Notes under the pieces: model-generated
What the model saw: the letters and a program-made list of their open reading frames with translations, nothing else
Database searches by the model: none
What the model was told of the DNA's origin: nothing
IMG/VR virus record: IMGVR_UViG_3300025769_000044
Reading direction: 5' to 3' (one strand)
DNA: 33,961 nucleotides
Origin: a virus
In this document: positions 31,987 through 33,961 of the stretch, piece after piece
How the letters are laid out: every line of letters begins with the position of its first letter
Numbering within the stretch: the stretch's first letter is position 1
Translations under genes and position numbers: made by a program

Positions 31987-32092
31987 TATGCCCCTCCAGG
32001 CGTGATTTTATTGTGCCATCGTCGAATAATACATGAAAAGTCTTAACACCATTATTATTTTCAGTGACACTTAGACTTATCGGTTTGCTCAT
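31886..32092 (-). CDS. Small protein (68 aa from ATG 32092) whose 3' end overlaps the polymerase start by about 100 nt
   Basis: AAGGA-N5-ATG gives MSKPISLSVTENNNGVKTFHVLFDDGTIKSRLEGHNDW..., followed by the basic tail ...SSSGNKRKRNN encoded inside the polymerase gene in another frame. Confidence 0.45.
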   Translation of the reverse strand: MSKPISLSVTENNNGVKTFHVLFDDGTIKSRLEGHNDWTTEQPCILRRGDNDGSPKDSSSGNKRKRNN

Positions 32093-32306
32093 CTTCGTCC
32101 TTTTCTGTGTTAGTATTGGTACTAGCATACCACAAGTCGAGGTTTTTGGCAAGAGTTTTAAGGAGCTTTTCAAGAGATTGTTGTAATTTATCCATTGATT
32201 GTTGTAAAATAGCAACATTAAATTTTACTCCGTTTTGTTTGTTTTCCAACTCCTGAATTTGATTTTCTAGTTTTGATAATTCTAGTTTAATTTGAAAGTC
32301 ATCCAT
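32061..32306 (-). CDS. Coiled-coil small protein (81 aa from ATG 32306; the track starts at 32336)
   Basis: GGAGA-N8-ATG overlaps the upstream stop (ATGGATGA). MDDFQIKLELSKLENQIQELENKQ...MDKLQQSLEKLLKTL has a heptad character. Confidence 0.5.
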   Translation of the reverse strand: MDDFQIKLELSKLENQIQELENKQNGVKFNVAILQQSMDKLQQSLEKLLKTLAKNLDLWYASTNTNTEKDEDEQTDKSKCH

Positions 32307-32484
32307 TACTATAGTCTCCTTCTGGTAAATTTTCATATTTGTTCGCAGCTACCTTTTTAATCAAGTCATTCAAAACATAGGTATAACCAAGTTTCATTAA
32401 CTCATCTGCAAAAGCGTCTACACTCATCGCAAGTGTCTCATGGTAAACTTTCTCGATTAACTGCTCATTGATTTCGTGGCTCAT
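32299..32484 (-). CDS. Small acidic hypothetical protein (61 aa)
   Basis: Open frame packed after the primase-helicase gene. No motif recognised. Confidence 0.5.
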   Translation of the reverse strand: MSHEINEQLIEKVYHETLAMSVDAFADELMKLGYTYVLNDLIKKVAANKYENLPEGDYSNG

Positions 32485-32487
32485 CGT

Positions 32488-32568
32488 TTAAACACTCCTT
32501 TCTATTTCTCTTAGACTTTCTTCATGTTGTTCATAATCATCTAAATCAACTTCTTCATAATCATCCAT
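32488..32568 (-). CDS. Possible 26-aa hyper-acidic peptide (below the track cutoff)
   Basis: Hand translation gives MDDYEEVDLDDYEQHEESLREIERSV. The ATG overlaps the primase-helicase stop (TAATG). By my count 13 of 26 residues are D/E. Confidence 0.35.
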   Translation of the reverse strand: MDDYEEVDLDDYEQHEESLREIERSV

Positions 32569-33961
32569 TACTTAACCTCCTCTAAGTCTTCTTCAAATAC
32601 TTCATTCATACGACCAGTGCTACGATCATAATACAATGCACAAGCCTTACCTGTCAAGCCTGAATATCTATTTTTTATAACTCTTACTCTTGTAGTGTGT
32701 CTTTCCGTTACATCATCAGCCTGACTGTGCCTTTCCAAACCAAACACCATATCACTAAGTTGACCAATTGCACCAGAGCCTCTAAGCTGGGATAGGCTTG
32801 TCACTGCTCCTTCTTCATGCCCTGTGCCTGGAGGTCTACGCAAGTGTGAAACTGCAAATAAAGTGATATCACACTCCTGGCATAACATCCTTAACTTTGT
32901 GGTTATTTCATCTAATGCCCTACGTTCATCTCCTTGTTGCTGGTCTGAGACCACTATACTTATATGATCAAGAAAGATAAATTTACAGTCTAGTGCCTTT
33001 GCCATATAACGTACACGATTAATAATGTTATCAACACTAGTGCTACCAAAAGAGTCAAACAAAAACAACCTACCAGTTCCCAAAGTAGCATCAAAAGCAA
33101 CTTGTTTTTCTTCCTGCGTTGCTTCCGTTTCGTTTAGATGTAATGGTTTCATAGCGTCCAGACTCATAATTGATAAAGCTGTGCGCTTTACAGACTCTTC
33201 TAAAAACATCAAACCAATGTTCTCTTCTGTGGCTTTTAATAACTTGTATACAATTTCTCGTAAGAACTGACTCTTACCTAGTCCAGAACCTGCTGTAATA
33301 CAGACTAATTCACTAGAACGAATACCACCAGTTAAGTCATTTAAGCCTCCATAGGGATAGATAGCAATAGACTTTTGAAGTGGCTCTAGTACCAATGATT
33401 TTAAGTCTTTACCCTTTACAATGCCATCAGGCATGTAAACTTGTGAAGCCCACCAGTCCTCAGTAAAGTGTTTAAACGCTGAGTCTGTAGAATAGTCACA
33501 AGCGTCTTTATAACCCTTACGCATCTTCATCATTTTAGCTTTGTTAGGGAATAGTTCTGCACACTCTAGCTGGGCTTTTTGTCCTACGTCATCATTATCA
33601 AAACAAAACACAATCTGGCTGAAGGATGATAAATATTCATAGGCATCTTTGCAAGACTTAACAGCGCTTGCACAACCGTCACGCACCGAAACAACTGGAA
33701 AACGTAAGTCTGCGCTTAGCATCTGACTTGCTGCTAATGAATCTAATTCTCCCTCAACAACTGTAATGATCTTTGCACAACCTGATGGATAAACATCCAT
33801 GCCAAACAAAGGTTTTTTATCACCAACACCAGACCATCTAAAGTTCTTATTTTTACCTCGTATTTTGAAAACATCTTTCCCATACGGGTAGTAATGATCC
33901 CCATTTTGAGTGATTTTTACCCCATATTTCTCCAGAGTGCTTTGTTTGATGTTTCTATCGG
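32568..33961 (-). CDS. Primase-helicase (T7 gp4-like), TOPRIM + DnaB-family helicase part; the 5' end runs off the window and continues at 389..128
   Basis: TOPRIM motifs VVEGELDSLA and FDNDDVGQKA. Walker A ITAGSGLGKSQF, and a Walker B-like FIFLDHIS. The frame stays open upstream of the track's Met (..GKNKNFRWSGVGDKKPLFGMDVY) to the window end. Confidence 0.9.
   Translation of the reverse strand, partial: DRNIKQSTLEKYGVKITQNGDHYYPYGKDVFKIRGKNKNFRWSGVGDKKPLFGMDVYPSGCAKIITVVEGELDSLAASQMLSADLRFPVVSVRDGCASAVKSCKDAYEYLSSFSQIVFCFDNDDVGQKAQLECAELFPNKAKMMKMRKGYKDACDYSTDSAFKHFTEDWWASQVYMPDGIVKGKDLKSLVLEPLQKSIAIYPYGGLNDLTGGIRSSELVCITAGSGLGKSQFLREIVYKLLKATEENIGLMFLEESVKRTALSIMSLDAMKPLHLNETEATQEEKQVAFDATLGTGRLFLFDSFGSTSVDNIINRVRYMAKALDCKFIFLDHISIVVSDQQQGDERRALDEITTKLRMLCQECDITLFAVSHLRRPPGTGHEEGAVTSLSQLRGSGAIGQLSDMVFGLERHSQADDVTERHTTRVRVIKNRYSGLTGKACALYYDRSTGRMNEVFEEDLEEVK
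33835..33961. repeat. Terminal direct repeat copy 2
   Basis: Exact copy of bases 1-127 at the window end. Confidence 0.97.

Noticed and set aside
32600-32660. TTGACA-N18-TATTAT promoter-like site on the minus strand inside the 3' end of the primase-helicase gene
   Set aside because: The spacer is suboptimal, there is no TGn extension, the site is inside coding sequence, and the downstream genes are already translationally coupled to the helicase gene. The evidence is insufficient.
23716-33270. Plus-strand ORFs of 62-128 aa within the replication arm (for example 23716..24045, 25865..26116, 26207..26509, 28261..28647, 29032..29397, 30056..30250, 33025..33270)
   Set aside because: Each lies antisense to a minus-strand gene with clear catalytic motifs. 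None has a start context or recognisable motif.
1-33961. tRNA or rRNA genes, lysogeny module, toxin-antitoxin pairs, known defence systems
   Set aside because: I saw no cloverleaf-like GC-rich 70-90 nt segments or T-loop GGTTCGAATCC-type motifs in the few non-coding gaps. I saw no integrase or recombinase motifs, and no reverse transcriptase, Cas, or NTPase-plus-nuclease defence-type gene pairs. The scan was by eye only, so small RNAs cannot be excluded.

Overview
The window is a complete, circularly closed, AT-rich dsDNA phage genome. It has 33,834 unique bp plus an exact 127-bp end overlap that falls inside the primase-helicase gene. The gene content is podovirus-like. There is a T7-supergroup replication set: gp4-like primase-helicase, short family-A DNA polymerase, gp2.5-like SSB, FEN-type 5'-3' exonuclease and a small junction-type nuclease. 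There is also a class II ribonucleotide reductase, a metallophosphoesterase, a DUF3310-like protein and two orphan DNA methyltransferases. I found no phage RNA polymerase, integrase, repressor, tRNA or CRISPR array.

The genome has two arms. A 555-bp divergent control region (2110..2664) fires rightward into about 21 kb of packaging, capsid, fibre, tail, ejection and lysis genes (2665..23367, + strand). It fires leftward into a 5-gene early operon (2109..519). That operon runs through an AT-rich iteron region into the replication and nucleotide-metabolism arm, across the circular junction and down to 23364 (- strand). The two arms converge with a 4-nt overlap and no terminator.

Transcription appears to depend on the host. 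Six near-consensus sigma70 promoters share a recognisable phage-specific architecture.

The observations most worth following up:
- a 1-kb cluster of tiny, extremely lysine-rich proteins inside the virion module, with A-run-containing +1 overlaps;
- the repeat-laden control region, which includes an exact sigma54 -24/-12 match;
- the SprT-like protease early operon;
- the dual methyltransferase and membrane-protein block.

All functional calls come from motifs read by eye. No database search was possible.
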